A stretch of 63,851 nucleotides of DNA, filler included, from Olpidium bornovanus S191 (GCA_017911155.1; 27 parts of 27 records of this genome joined end to end with filler, not necessarily neighbours in it); one strand, 5' to 3'; shown: positions 1 to 12,597, counted from the first letter of the whole stretch. The notes: generated from the sequence alone by a model not told the origin. Numbers and translations are program-made.

Positions 1-452
1 CATGAAGTATAGTGTATATTATAGTGCATTATAAAATGCTTTCCCCTAAAGTATAATAAAACCGCGTTACTTCTGGCAGCAGGCATCCTGCTCTTGGCGG
101 AGTCTTCTGCTTCTCGTAGACCAGTCTTGCCGGGAGCCTCCCTCCGGTCGTGGGCGCTTCTTGTTCTCCCGTGCCGCGGGATGAGCCGCGGCTTTGCCCC
201 CGTGCCCGCCGGTTCGCCTGGATGGACGGCTGCTTCGGCGCCGATGCCCGTTGGCTCGGTTGGAGACGGCACTTCGTCGCCGGCGCAACGGGCGGGATGG
301 GCCGCGGCGTTTCCGGGTTCGGCTGGACCTAACCCCGCCCGTTTCCTTTGAAGAGCCGCCTCCGTTGGGAGTCGCGAACGCCTGCCGGCCCTTCCTTATT
401 AATGAAAAGCCGACTTTTTGCCTGCCGCGGTCGTGTCTCGGCCTCTTGTCTC

Positions 453-951
453 ACGTGAAGGTATTGCTCAGCCACAGCAGCCTCGGCCGCGCGGGGCGCG
501 AGCACGGCTTTGGTTTCGTTGACGGAAAACCAGGGGTCTCGGGCTCTTCGTAATATAGCTTTATATGCATCGATCTCGTCGACGACGTCCGAGATCTCGT
601 CCTTCTTGCGGACGTACGTGAGTTGCTCAAGGAAACCGCAAACAACGCGGCCTAGGCCTCTGCAGTGTCGCCGGCGCGCAAACGAGACTGCTTCGGGCCG
701 GACGCAAGTGTCTCGGCCGCCAAGTCGACGGCACCTTCGTGGATGGAGAGCCCCCCAAACAATTGCTCCACGGCGGCCATTCGTTCATCCAGCTGATCAG
801 GGCCGGAAGTCGTTGTCAGGGTTTTTGCTGGGGCCAAAGACGCAAAGTATCCTCCAACTGCCGCACTTACGTTGGGGTCAGCCTTGCAGATGTTGGGACG
901 GCGCCCTCTCCGGCCGGCTCGTTCGCTTTGTGATGGGAACGCGATTTCCAT
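453..951 (-). CDS. Hypothetical spliced protein fragment
   Basis: Coding-like exon GFLEQLTYVRKKDEISDVVDEIDAYKAILRRARDPWFSVNETKAVLAPRAAEAAVAEQYLH ends at a GTGAGA donor and follows ORF 652..951. No family recognised. Confidence 0.3.
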
Positions 952-1648
952 TTAAATACCAGGCGGGCTTTTCCCGAGGCTGCAAAAAAAGCGTCCTGTT
1001 CCTACCGATCTGGAAAAAGAAGCGCGCGGGGTGGTGAAGGGGGGGGGGACGGCGTTGTCGCCTTGTCTTTACCTTATTTTTTGCGGTCCGGCGACGAGAC
1101 GCTCGGTTTCGTGGCCGGACGTTCCTGAACGCGGGCGGCGCGGGGAAAGGCTGCGGGCGTAGCGCAACTGCGAAGCGGGAGGGGAGAACGGGTTGCGCGT
1201 TTGGGAGCCTGAATGCAATCACAGAAACGTCAAATCGCATTGCAAACGTCTCCGCTTTTGATTTGATCATTTGGCCGGTCAAAGGACTTTGTCAACCACG
1301 GTTGCCCTCAATTTAGCATTAATTCCGCCTGTCGATGCAACTGGTCACAAGTGGCAAGTGAGACTTGGTGAAATAATTAACAAAAAAGAACATCGAATGG
1401 CCGTCCGCGTAATCTGATCCTCTGGGTCATATGACTAACACCAGAACCCTGTATCTTTAATTTAGTCTTCCCGCGCCGCGTTGTTACCCCCTTTCGCTCT
1501 TACAAACCGTCAAACCTCTCCGCCTTTGACCGTTAAGCCTCTCCGCCCACACTCAACTACGCCATAAGCGTCGAAGCTATGCGTGATCATTGCCCGGGAA
1601 GCAAGTGCGATGCCTTCTGCAGCTACTTGCTCGACCTTCGGATCATGC

Positions 1649-1748
1649 NNNNNNNNNNNNNNNNNNNNNNNNNNNNNNNNNNNNNNNNNNNNTTAATTAA
1701 TTAANNNNNNNNNNNNNNNNNNNNNNNNNNNNNNNNNNNNNNNNNNNN
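1649..1748. other. Artificial contig-joining spacer (first of 26)
   Basis: 44 N + TTAATTAATTAA (stops in all six frames) + 44 N. Identical spacers start at 3837, 7969, 9602, 12497, 14115, 16127, 17941, 20694, 24279, 26481, 29502, 31092, 33637, 35125, 37775, 39409, 42383, 43941, 46003, 49892, 52408, 56005, 57628, 58904 and 62480. Confidence 0.99.
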
Positions 1749-1813
<65 letters not shown>

Positions 1814-2369
1814 CGCGAGCGAGCGCCAAAACAACAAAACGCCCGCCAAGTTCCCACTCCGCCCGCCCTCCCCACTCCGGAAAACGAAGAAGAAGAAAGA
1901 AAAACCCCCCCCCCGCCGGCTTGCGTAGCACTGTACCGCTGCAAAAAAGGTGCGAAAATGCCCGCCGTTCCCCCCGCCCCCCGCCCGGCACGGCCAGACA
2001 GACGGCGCGCACGCGCGCGCGCTCGCCCCGCGGCAGTGCGGAAGTTTCCGCTTGCCCCATTTGCTTCCCCCCCCCGCCACCTCCGCGCAGCGTCCGCCTG
2101 TGGATGGCTCGAAGGAGTGAAATAAAAAACAGAGTTATGCGGCGGACGGGCCGAGCCGTGAAGAGGCTATGCCGCTCGCAACCTGTTCCGGGTTTCGTCC
2201 TCGGGTGCTCCAGTTGACATCCCCCCCCCCCCGCCCCCACACACCCCCCGCGCGCGTCTTCCTCTGCCTCTCTTTGTTTCTGCGGCGCGCCCCGAATTGC
2301 GTGCCCAGGGCCCGCCTTGTACTCCCATTGACACATCCCCATTTAATTGTTTCCTGCATCAAGGCCATT

Positions 2370-3388
2370 ATGAGCAGACTCTACGTTGGAGGCCTCGCGT
2401 GGGCTGTGGACAGCGCCCAGCTTCGCGCCGAGTTTGAACCATACGGGCAAGTCGAAGAGGCAGAGGTCGTCCCTGACCGGGCGACAGGGCGCTCTCGCGG
2501 CTTCGGTTTCGTGAGGTTCGCCAACGAGGAAGACTCCAAGAAGGCTATGGCCGAGCTTGATGGCAAGGAGCTTGAGGGTCGGAGCATGCGCATCGCAGTC
2601 GCGTCCGAGCGGACCGGCGGCGGAGGCGGCGGCGGTTACGGCGGCGGTTACAGCGGCGGTGAGTGAGACGTCTACGCGCGCCGCTATTTACGGGTCACAT
2701 TTCATGTTCCCCCCCCCGCGTTTGATTTGGCGGCTCGTTTGCGGGTTTGTAGTTCGGCTTGGGAGCAGTGGGGTGTTCGTTATTGTTTCAAAATGTGCTC
2801 ACCGCTTGTTCGATACAGGCGGTTACGGCGGTGGAGGCTATGGCGGCGGCGGCGGTGAAGGGAATTATGGTGCTGGGGGATATGGCGGCGGTGGCGGCTA
2901 CAGTGGAGGCGGCAGTGGTATGTTCGGATGTCTGGGCCGCGAGAGCGTCATTTGCGTCTCGAAGTTGCATTGTCGTGGAATTCGTTGTTCCTACGTCACT
3001 TGTTGACAGTCAGGTGGTTCCTGCAGGTTTCGGCGGTGACCGCTCCTGTTACAACTGCGGCCAAGCAGGCCACATGGCCCGCGATTGCTCTGAGCCCCGC
3101 AGAGGTGGCGGCGGCGGCGGCGGCGGGGGCAGCTGTTACAATTGCGGTATGGCCGGCCATATGTCTCGGGACTGCACTGAGCCCCGCCAGGGAGGCGGCG
3201 GCGGCCGTGGCAATAGCAACTGCTACAACTGCGGTCAGCAGGGGCATATGTCCAGGGACTGCACCGAGCCACGCCAGGGCGGCGGTCGCGGTGGAAACTG
3301 CTACAACTGCGGCGAACCGGGACATTTGGCGCGCGACTGCTCCGTCAATTCCGGCGGAGGCCAGGACACCGGCAACTCTAAGTGGTGA
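2370..3388 (+). CDS. Glycine-rich RNA-binding protein: N-terminal RRM + four CCHC zinc knuckles (249 aa, 3 exons, complete)
   Basis: Exons 2370-2658, 2819-2917 and 3027-3388 join in frame (750 nt) through GTGAGT..AG and GTATGT..AG introns. RNP2 LYVGGL, RNP1 [11 protein letters not shown] repeats and four CX2CX4HX4C knuckles (e.g. [14 protein letters not shown]). Confidence 0.95.
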
Positions 3389-3642
3389 CGTGCCCAACGC
3401 TTGGACGACACCGGAGAAGAGTGATGACAATTCCGCATTACCTGCTCGACAAAATGCAGAGTTGAACGCCGACGTTTTCAAAATCTTTTTGTTTTTTCTT
3501 CTTCCCGTCCTGCTTACATCTTTTGGTGTCCGTTTTCACGCTGCCGTCAACCTTTCGAAATCGGTTCCTTTGTTTGTTTTCAACAGCGCGTCCTACCATT
3601 AGCCTCCGACTTTGTTCCTCCTCGCCCTCCACCTCGCCCTCC

Positions 3643-3673
<31 letters not shown>

Positions 3674-4439
3674 CCTCCCCCTCCTTCCGCCGTCCCAAAT
3701 TTACCCAGCTTTCCTTCTCTTCTTCCGGCGAAATTCTCTTTGTTCGAAGCCTTCCCTGCCGCACGTTGTACCGGTCCGCATATTAGAGGCATAGTAGTCG
3801 CTGTGAGGGATCGTAATGAATATAATGGCCAACATGNNNNNNNNNNNNNNNNNNNNNNNNNNNNNNNNNNNNNNNNNNNNTTAATTAATTAANNNNNNNN
3901 NNNNNNNNNNNNNNNNNNNNNNNNNNNNNNNNNNNNAATCTTTTCGCTGAAAATCTGCTCCCCGATTTTTGTACTCGAATTTAGGCGCTTAACCGAAACT
4001 CGTTAAATTGAACTTTGCCGCTACTAGCTAGTACAAGTCGCGAAATGATAAACATGGTCGCGAAATGCTAAACATGAGCGCGATACTTGAAGCATAGTGC
4101 GCACGAAAAAGAATGCAAATGCAATTTTTATGAAAAACGGCATGTCGAGCCGCATTGCAAAATCACCGTCTGGTTGGCTCAATCGTAAATGAGCGGTTCA
4201 AGCGGGCCGATGTAAAGCAGACGATTCGGGGTTTCGATTGGCAGCCCCTCAACGACGCCCTCAGTAGCCCGGCGGAGAAGGATGTCCTTGAGATCCGCGG
4301 GGTTAGGAATGTAATCCGTCTTATAGAGGGAAAGCATATATGCCATAGCCTTCGGCGGATACGGTTGGGAGGGTTATCGAACGGTCAGATAAAACGAAGA
4401 GTACGAAGGTGCATCTCGGAAGCGGAAAAAGCGAAAATG

Positions 4440-6103
4440 GAAGTGACCCACCCCGGCCACGTGCGGCCCAGCCATCGAAGTGCCACTCCAGGGTATTGGT
4501 CGCGATATGCGAGCCTACCCATTCCGAAGGTATGTCTTTGCCGGGCGCTATGATATCGACGCAACTGCCGTGGTTAGAAAAGGACGCTCGCTCGTCGGCG
4601 ATGGTCGATGCGGCGACCGTGGCAGCAAGTTCAGCGGCGGCGGGCGAGTTGTCGCAGGCCTTGCCACCGTCGTTGCCCGCCGCAACCGCAAAGTGGATAC
4701 CCGCCGCCACCGGCTGTTTTGATTCACGGCCGCGTATGAAGCAAAGACGACTGGTAACGGCATCAGAATAGTTAGAAGGACCTGCCATGTTGCCCGCGTC
4801 GCAACTGCTTGCTGCCGCCCGACTCACCGCGTTCACAGCATGGTCCAGCGCCCTGGACGGAGGCACAACCAGGCTCAGATTCGCCACGGAGCCCCTGAAC
4901 TTTTCTCCCCGCACCTTAGCAACGGCGCTGGCCAGGTGGTGCTCCGAGGTGACAAAGTCTATACCCTTGAGGACATCTGACATAATTCCGGAGCCATCGG
5001 AACGTAGAACTTTCACCGCGACAACGCTTGCGTTCTTGGAAACGCCGTACCGGCTGCCGGCGATCACGCCCACAGTCGGTGCCTGCGTTCACAAACCCGT
5101 TTTGAATCGCCGCTTTGGCGCGGGTAACAAGGCTTCAGGCGAGCGAACGGGTGCGATGGACCTACCGTACCCGCTAAGGTACCTGCTCTCGTCCCCCACA
5201 CGTATCGTGGCGCCCCACCGGGCGCGACCCTCGAAGTCGACGTGGTCGACTTTGATGCCCGTGTCTAGGACGTGAACCGTCACGCCCTCGCCGCCCGACG
5301 GCGCATGGTGAAATTGTTCGTACGAGCCAAAGCCGATCAAGCGGTGAGCGGTCCTCGCCAAACCCCAAGGCGCGTCGCGCTGCATGGTAAACCCGGTGAC
5401 GTTGAAGGTGGGCTCAACCGCGACGTTCCGTTCTCCCGCGTCCGGGAGAACCGCAGCAAAGGCCGACTGGCGTGACCTGTGCCCGCTGAGGTAGACCTTC
5501 CGGTCGCGTTCCACGAAGTCGACCTGGGATGTCGGCGATCACCGGGGCGGGGAGCAGCGGGGTCAGCGAAAAGGCGGAAGTACTGGCAATGTGCGTTTCA
5601 CGATAAGGCGCTAAACGCCAGCTTGGTCGCAGGGGCGAACGCCGTTCAACTCGTTGCTCTCCCGTATTCGCTTGAGCACGGACTCGTCGAAGTGCCCGGA
5701 GTAGCCCTTGAACGCCTTCGTGTAAATGTGACGGACGGTGTTTCACCGGGACACCGTTCCGCTCGATGCCGGCGTTGACCGCGGCGGACGCCGGCGCGTC
5801 GTCGCCTTTGCCCGCCGCCTCCGAGTGCTCCCTGACTCCCAGAGATTTAACCCACATGCGGTGCTTTTCGTGCTCGACGTGCAGTGTCACCGAGACGATG
5901 TACGAGTCAGGCAAGGCGTCGTCCGCCTCTGCCGGTTCCAGGAGCGGCGCCGCATCAAGCGCTGATGTCGCAGGCGGGAACACCCTCGCTTGCGGTGGTG
6001 GCCACCCCTTCATGGCGGCAGCGCACCAGACTGACATTACAGCGAGCAGCGCCGTAACAAGAAGCACTCGCAGAGGGCAGTATGGGCGCCGTGAGCTGGC
6101 CAT
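4440..6103 (-). pseudogene. Proteinase K/cerevisin-type subtilase (S8A) with signal peptide and I9 propeptide, apparently disrupted
   Basis: Signal peptide MASSRR..LLVTALLAVMSVW; I9-like FKGYSGHFDESV and VDFVERD; APWGLAR; catalytic Asp VLDTG; AAGND. The His motif reads SGYG|TDC- (Tyr at 5167-5169 in place of His, then a 2-nt deletion). SGTSMAGPHVAG is reached only by a +1 frameshift near 4488, and another +1 shift lies near 5742. Confidence 0.8.
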
Positions 6104-6779
6104 GTTGTCCTGCCGGGAACTGCGCCGCCTCGGGGAGGAAATCCTTGCCAAAAGCCCGCGAACGATCGTTCTCTCCCAGTTTTTTGCGGTGACAGTCTTA
6201 GAACAGTCTGTTTTCAGCCCGCCTAAACATTCGGCGACAATCTCGAATTTGGGTCGAAGACGGCTGTTTTGGGTTCGGTCATACATTCGATGACAGTCTC
6301 AAATACGGAAAGTCTCTGTCCGAAATGAGACCCAAATTCGAGATTGTCACCAAACGCTTATGCGGTCGAAAACAGGGGGTTTTAAGACTGTCACCGAATG
6401 TATGGCCGAACCCAAAACAGCCGTCTTCAACACAAATTCGAGATTGTCTCCAAATGCTTAGGCGGGTCGAAAACAGGCTGCTTTGGGTCCGGCCAGACAT
6501 TCTGCTGAATTTCCAAATTTGGATCAAAATTGGACCTCATGGGAAGTGTTTGATTCTTGTTCTTGTGATCCTACAAGATGCGTGAGACTCAAAATTGGGG
6601 TCCCAGGGAGTGTCTGAGAACACAAATGCACGTATCTAGAGGGACCCGCGGTTGAACCGCTGGCCCTTTGGGCGCGCCAGCGCAAATCCCAGTAGTATTT
6701 GCGCCCACCCCCCCAAAAAAAAAAAAAAAAAAAAAAGACTGGATGGAAACGGAAAAAAAAAGATAAAAAGAAGGAACGT

Positions 6780-7904
6780 TCGACGTTCCGTTCGGCGCCT
6801 GGAACGACCACCGACGCAGCACCGTCAATTGTAGGCGCGACGGCAACCGCCACCGCCGGGGCTGCCAGTGATGCCGGCCCGCCCTCGTGGCCGGGGCCGG
6901 CGGGCGCGTTTTCGGCGCTTGAGGACAAGTCCGCCTTCGACCACTACGCGCTGTCCGCCAAACTGAACGCGTTCACGGCCCGGCTCGACGTGTTCCTCAG
7001 GGACACCTGGGAGGGCCTAGTCCGCTCCAAGAGTGTTTTTGCGCGCTCTTTAGTCCGGGAACACGGTGAGGACACGCATGGCGCCGAGGCCGTCGGGGCA
7101 CGAGCGCTCGCTATTCCCCGGTCCAGACCAGGAGCGTCCGGCGGATCGGAGAAACCCAGAAGCTTTGCTCCGCCGTTCACGGAGGGGTGACGTCTTCTCT
7201 CGTTCGCACAGAGAAAATCAACGAGGCGAAGAAGCAGATCAACAGCCTTGAGGCCAAGCGAGAACAGGTTCTGCGCAGTGCGTGTTTCCAGCGCGTTGGC
7301 GCCCACGGTCGCCGCCAACCCGTGATGCGCACCTCCGCCGGAACCTGACTCTATTCCACCTACATATGCTATAGTCCTCGAGAAAGAACGGGAACAAGTT
7401 GAACTCGTTGAGTCGTGCATCTCTGACATTAACGCCCGCAAATCACAATTCGAATCAAGGAAAGTGGAACTCACGCGGCTTGTGGCGCAAGCGCGGGAAA
7501 CCTTAAACAAGAACAAAGAAGGTTGGGATTTCCGACCTCTCAAATGGTGGGCCGGTAGATTTTTTGCGAGGAGGTGCTGACGCCCCTTGTCCGCTGGTAA
7601 TAGCGAAAGCGCTTCGAGACCAGGAGATGGCCGTCGAAGCCGCAAGGAACGGACCTGAGCTTCGCGCTTGGGAGGAACTCCTGGGAATGTCGATAAACGG
7701 AGTTGGAGGTGATCGTCCCGCCGTATTTGCTCCGTTGTGTCCGTGTGCGTGCCAACGACGCGTGCGTGCCAACGACAATTACCTGACTTTTTTCTTTTTC
7801 GGTACCTGGAGGCGAACAAATATCTTTCAAGTTCACACATGTCGACGACATGGATTGGAACGCCGAATACACGTTTACCATCCAGGTCAACGATGAATAC
7901 CAAG
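6780..7904 (+). CDS. SPC25: Kinetochore Ndc80-complex subunit Spc25 (multi-exon, ends uncertain)
   Basis: Coiled-coil exons (EKINEAKKQINSLEAKREQ; VLEKEREQVELVESCISDIN) followed by ELRAWEELLGMSINGVG / EQISFKFTHVDDMDWNAEYTFTIQVNDEY, matching the Spindle_Spc25 RWD-like domain pattern. Confidence 0.85.
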
Positions 7905-9969
7905 GTACAGCAGATTCTGGTGCCCGGGAAGTCATTTGATGTACGGGCTTTTGTGCATAACCATCCGANNNNNNNNNNNNNNNNNNNNNNNNNNNNNNNN
8001 NNNNNNNNNNNNTTAATTAATTAANNNNNNNNNNNNNNNNNNNNNNNNNNNNNNNNNNNNNNNNNNNNAAGGAACCATAACAAACCATAACAGTGTAACC
8101 TCCCAAATCTGTGAGATATATCTGCTGTTTGGTAGCTGCGTGCACACGGACAGCGGCCGGTTTGGGCGACCGGTGCCCAAAGGGGCATGGTGGCCTCCGC
8201 TCGGCTTGCAATTCTGAGGCTTTGTAAGCTCAGCGGAGACATCGCTAACAAGCGACGCAGCAGCAAGTGGATTCGGACTAGTGCAAGCGGGTTGCAAAAT
8301 CCGCGCATAAACGGGGTGACTTAGGATGCGCCGCCAGCGTGAAATGGACAAGCAACGAGGAAGGCGTAATGAAATTCAACCTATCCGACGGCGACGACGA
8401 CAACGATTATCGCATGGCTCTTTTTCGGGACAGTGGGATACTCAACTGCCCCGGTCTTCCGAGCGCGTCGCGGACGCATCACGGGCTGCGGAGATGACGA
8501 GGACGCTCTTCGCGCGCAGCCGAAGGACCAGGGCGGAATGGGCCGGGCAACACCTGGGACGCCGAAACTGGCACCTGCTAGCGGATCAACAACGAGAAGA
8601 AGAACCGTCACCGACTTCTACTCCTGCCGGACTCCGAGGGCGGCGCGGGCCCGTCTCCGACGACAAATTTTGCGAATATCGGCTGAAGTAAAATTTGGAG
8701 GCTTAGTCCGCCCGAGAGCAAGACGGCAAGAGACGGCATCGAGCTCGGAAAGACAAGGAAGGCCAAACGAGAAAAAAGAGAAGTTTTTTTTTTTTTTTTT
8801 TTCGAACGAGCTAAAAGTTTGGGGGAAAAACGGGAGTGCTGGACTAGCCGACGGCCACGGGCAGATTTGGACTTCACTTTTTTTTTTTTTGCTCAAGGCG
8901 AGCCCGAGCACGCTCGACGCAGGCTCCCCCCCCCCCCCCCCCCCCCCCGACCCCCCCCCCCTTTCCCCCCCCCCCCCTTTTCCCGTTCGCGGCCCCCTCG
9001 CGCCCTTCCCGCGAAACCAAACCCTCGCGGAAAGGAACCGACTTGTCGGCGTGGGGCCCAAATTTGCGTGCGGCGCGAGTGCTTCGACGGACGCGGCAGG
9101 CCGCCCGCAGATATCGTCCCTTAACCCACCTCACCCACCCCTCCCCACAGACACACACACACACACACACCCCTCCCCTTTCGCTCATGGGGGGGGGGGA
9201 GGGGAGAAAAGGGACGCTGCGCCTATTCTTTTTTTTTCCCCTCCTTTTTCTTATTTTTAACGCGACTTTCGGGGGGGGGGAAAGGGGGGAAAAGAGGTAA
9301 GACGAAAAGAAGCGGCCTAGTTCGTCCCCAAGTAGAACTGGTTGTCGCCCAGGTATTCCGAAACGTTGTTGTAGGCTGCGTCGGAGGGTCGAAGAGAAAA
9401 CGAACAAGTCAGGAACGGACGGGCGGGAGGGGGGGGGAGGGGGGGGGGGGAGGGGGAGGGGGGGGGGAGGGGGGAGGGGGGGGGGGGGGGGGGGCGGGGA
9501 GCAAATTAAATGTGTGCAGAATAAATTTACTGACACTCAAATCTGAACTGTGTGTCGTGGGCTCCCGGCCGGCCATCCGTCTGAGGGGTCCTGCAGATGC
9601 GNNNNNNNNNNNNNNNNNNNNNNNNNNNNNNNNNNNNNNNNNNNNTTAATTAATTAANNNNNNNNNNNNNNNNNNNNNNNNNNNNNNNNNNNNNNNNNNN
9701 NACCAAAAATTCCCCTCACCCCGTCTCCTGTTGGCTTGCCAGTCTTGAACGACGTTCTTGATGCCGTAGTTGTTGGTGAGCGTCGTGGAGGGGCGGCACG
9801 CAAGGTTTCCATTTCTTCCATGGGCGACTTGGGAGCCGTTGCAAGGGCATCACCATGCAAGATTCCTCCTGACCGGTTTGAGAAGATGGCGCCTCGCTCG
9901 GGTCGACTTGCAGAAGCAGGGTCTTGTTGTTCGTCAAAACGCATGTGTTAGTAACGCGTCGGACTTTTG

Positions 9970-10215
9970 TGTGTTGGCTGCGGTTCGTCGACGACGAACG
10001 ACGATTGTAGCAGCTGAATGTTGGCTGCGATTCAAAGGTGCAGTGGCGGCGACATGTGGCGGAGAGCAGCTGCGGGTTGGCTGCGGCTCATCGACGACGA
10101 CGACGATCGTAGCAGCTGAGTGTTGGCTGCAGCAACGAAGGTGCAGTGGCGGCGACGTTTGACAGGGAGCAGCTGGGTGTTGGCTGCGGCTTGTCGACGA
10201 CGACGACGATGATGG
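9970..10215. repeat. Diverged tandem repeat, about 104-bp period, 2+ copies
   Basis: TCGACGACGA..CGA..GTAGCAGCTGA.TGTTGGCTGC....AAGGTGCAGTGGCGGCGAC recurs near 9988 and 10091, with a partial copy near 10195. Confidence 0.75.
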
Positions 10216-11205
10216 GAGGACGTCATCAGTCCTTTGGGCTCATAACCTGTTTGGTTTGGTTGGTTTCCGCCGCGATGAGATTCAAACGTAAAAAGGAAGT
10301 AATTCTAACTTCAACACTGCGCCAATAGATCAGACTGCCAAAAAATGTGGTTATGAGCGCGCCTTGCCCCGAAGAAGGGGAAGAGGGGTGGGGGGGGAGA
10401 AACTTTCTAGGCAGCGCCAAGGGAACGTCGGACCGCTGAAATCCACCAAGGGTAATGCGCGACGCATATTCCGACATCTCATTCGCTACCAGCCATTGGT
10501 TCGACGCGGACACCGACCGATTAAACAAAACGACCTCCCACCGTGGTTGGGGAAGGAGGGAAAGAGAGGGAAAAAGGGGGAGGGGGGGAGGTCAGAGAAG
10601 GCCTGGAGCCTTCGGGTGCCCGTTACAGTTTGCACGCAGTCCGGCTCCAAACGTAAGACGCCCAGAAATAAGCGGGAAGCACTAAGGGTAGACTTTTTTA
10701 GTTTCTTTTCCCCTGCAGTGGGTACAAAAAGGAGATGGAGGCAGAGGCTCCCTGGGTTCTCTCGTTGACCAAAGGCGTGTCTTCTTAACACGTCAAATCG
10801 GCGCGCCCTTCCTAAACTTTCGAAATTCTTGAACGGCTTCTTCATTATCCCCCCCCTCTTTTTTGGCGCCTGCGTGAGAACGGCGAGGATTTCGTAAAAA
10901 CAGTAAAGGAGAAAAAAAGTGCTTAACACTTTAATATTTTTTGTGCGCAACGCGATATTATTATTTTTTTTTGGCCGGTACTCCCGGCGCAAGATAAAAA
11001 CAAAGCCAGACACTCAACAAGAAACGCGGCGCTTTGCTCCCGGGGTCAAATGCGCGTTGGCGGGGGACGTGGCGACGGTCAGAAGAAAACCGGTTCCCCT
11101 CTCCCCCACTCGCTCGCGGTCCCGTTTTCCGTCGAATATATGCCGCACACGAGGGGTTGTCGGCCGAGAAGAGCGGGGGAGGGGAAGGGAAAAGGGGTTT
11201 TCGTA

Positions 11206-11886
11206 TCAAGCTCTCGCGCCGGTCACCGCAGTCCGGGGCGAAGCGGTTGCGACAGCCGGCGCCGCCTCCGCCTCCTCCGCCTCCTCTTCTTCTTCTTCCT
11301 CCCACCTCTCGCCTTCCTCCTCCTCCTCCCCCCCGTCCGCGACGGCCGTGGCGTAAACGGCGACGCTGATCAGGAGATATAGGCCGGCGTCGGCGGTCTG
11401 GCTGACGAGAATCGCCAGCACCCCGACGGCGGCGTAGAAGAGCAGGCGGAGCCTGCGGGTTTTGGAGGTCGCCCCGAAGGTCCAGTCGACAGCGCGAGGG
11501 AAGAGTGGACACTCGACAGCGAGGACGAGGGCGCCGGACAGGCTGGCAGATAAGCCGGGGGGGGGGGGCGTGTTCAAACGCTGTCAGCCCACAGAGCTCG
11601 CTCGGCGAAAAACAAAGAAAAAAAGCCGGCGTCTTTCCCGCAGCAGCCTTTTTCTTCTTTCTCTCTTTCTCTCTCTCTCTCTCTTTCCCTCTCTCTATCT
11701 CTTTTTCTCGCACACGAGGGCGGCCTGGAGGATCGGGGCGGGTGCGAGGGCGCGGGCGAGCAGGGGCTCGAGAGGCGGGAAGGTCCCGAGCGGGTAGAAG
11801 GCGGCCTCCAGGCCCAGGGCGACCAGAAGGACGCCGGCGGCGATTGCGACGTGGTTTGCCCAGAGCGTCCAGATGGTTTTGCCCAT
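11206..11886 (-). CDS. p22phox (cytochrome b-245 light chain)/NoxD-like membrane protein, 169 aa, 2 exons
   Basis: Exons 11886-11714 and 11542-11206 join in frame (510 nt). The N-terminus MGKTIWTLWANHVAIAAGVLLVALG parallels human p22phox [25 protein letters not shown] (recalled). SGALVLAVECP parallels AGVFVCLLEYP, and FGA..RRLRLLFY parallels FGP..NYYVRAVLH. Confidence 0.75.
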
Positions 11887-11912
11887 GTTCTTGCCCCGTC
11901 TCTTTTTTCTTT

Positions 11913-11946
<34 letters not shown>

Positions 11947-11993
11947 CGTTGTCGTTGTCGTTGTCGTCGTCGTCGTCGTTGTTGTTGTTGTTG
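11913..11993. repeat. Compound (TTG)n/(GTC)n microsatellite just upstream of the p22phox-like ATG
   Basis: Directly visible trinucleotide run. Confidence 0.95.
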
Positions 11994-12597
11994 CCGCGCG
12001 CTGCCCGCGGGCGAGAGAGGCGGTTGGGGCGGCGGTTTGGCCATGACGGCCGGCGCAGGAGCGGGGCGAAACCTGGCCCCGCCCGCTTCCCTCCAGCCTG
12101 CTCGCCGGATACGAAATGAGCACATGCGCTATGTGAACGGACGCACCCGAAAGGGTCACTTCCAGATGGAAACACGGGCCGACCTTCGTCGCCTCGCCCC
12201 TGACTACAGTTGGGCGGTGTCGGTCGACATCTCTGCACAGGACTCTGGGGACCGCAACATGGTGGCGCTCCAGATTCTCGAGAAGATCTACCCAATGCAA
12301 CGCGATGATGTCGGGATTAACCGGCGCACCGCGCATTTTGACAAAAACCGCTAAAGTTCCCCGCAACGTGGTCGTCATGCTCATTTCTATCGACGGCATC
12401 CGGAACCACCCCCCGGACAAGCGGAGGAGTGCGCAATCAGTGCGACCCGGACAATTCAGCTGCTACAAGCCCCGGGCTTTGTCATCAAAACGGAAANNNN
12501 NNNNNNNNNNNNNNNNNNNNNNNNNNNNNNNNNNNNNNNNTTAATTAATTAANNNNNNNNNNNNNNNNNNNNNNNNNNNNNNNNNNNNNNNNNNNNC

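Noticed and set aside
1693-2342. Poly-K, poly-F, poly-P, poly-G and ER-repeat ORFs here and elsewhere
   Set aside because: They are translations of homopolymers and microsatellites.
9317-9601. Possible terminal exons on the minus strand (..HDTQFRFE / YNNVSEYLGDNQFYLGTN*)
   Set aside because: Probably coding, but too short to assign or to define boundaries.
12110-12496. Short coding-looking stretch upstream of the p22phox-like gene
   Set aside because: Neither strand gives a recognisable domain, and it is truncated by the contig end.
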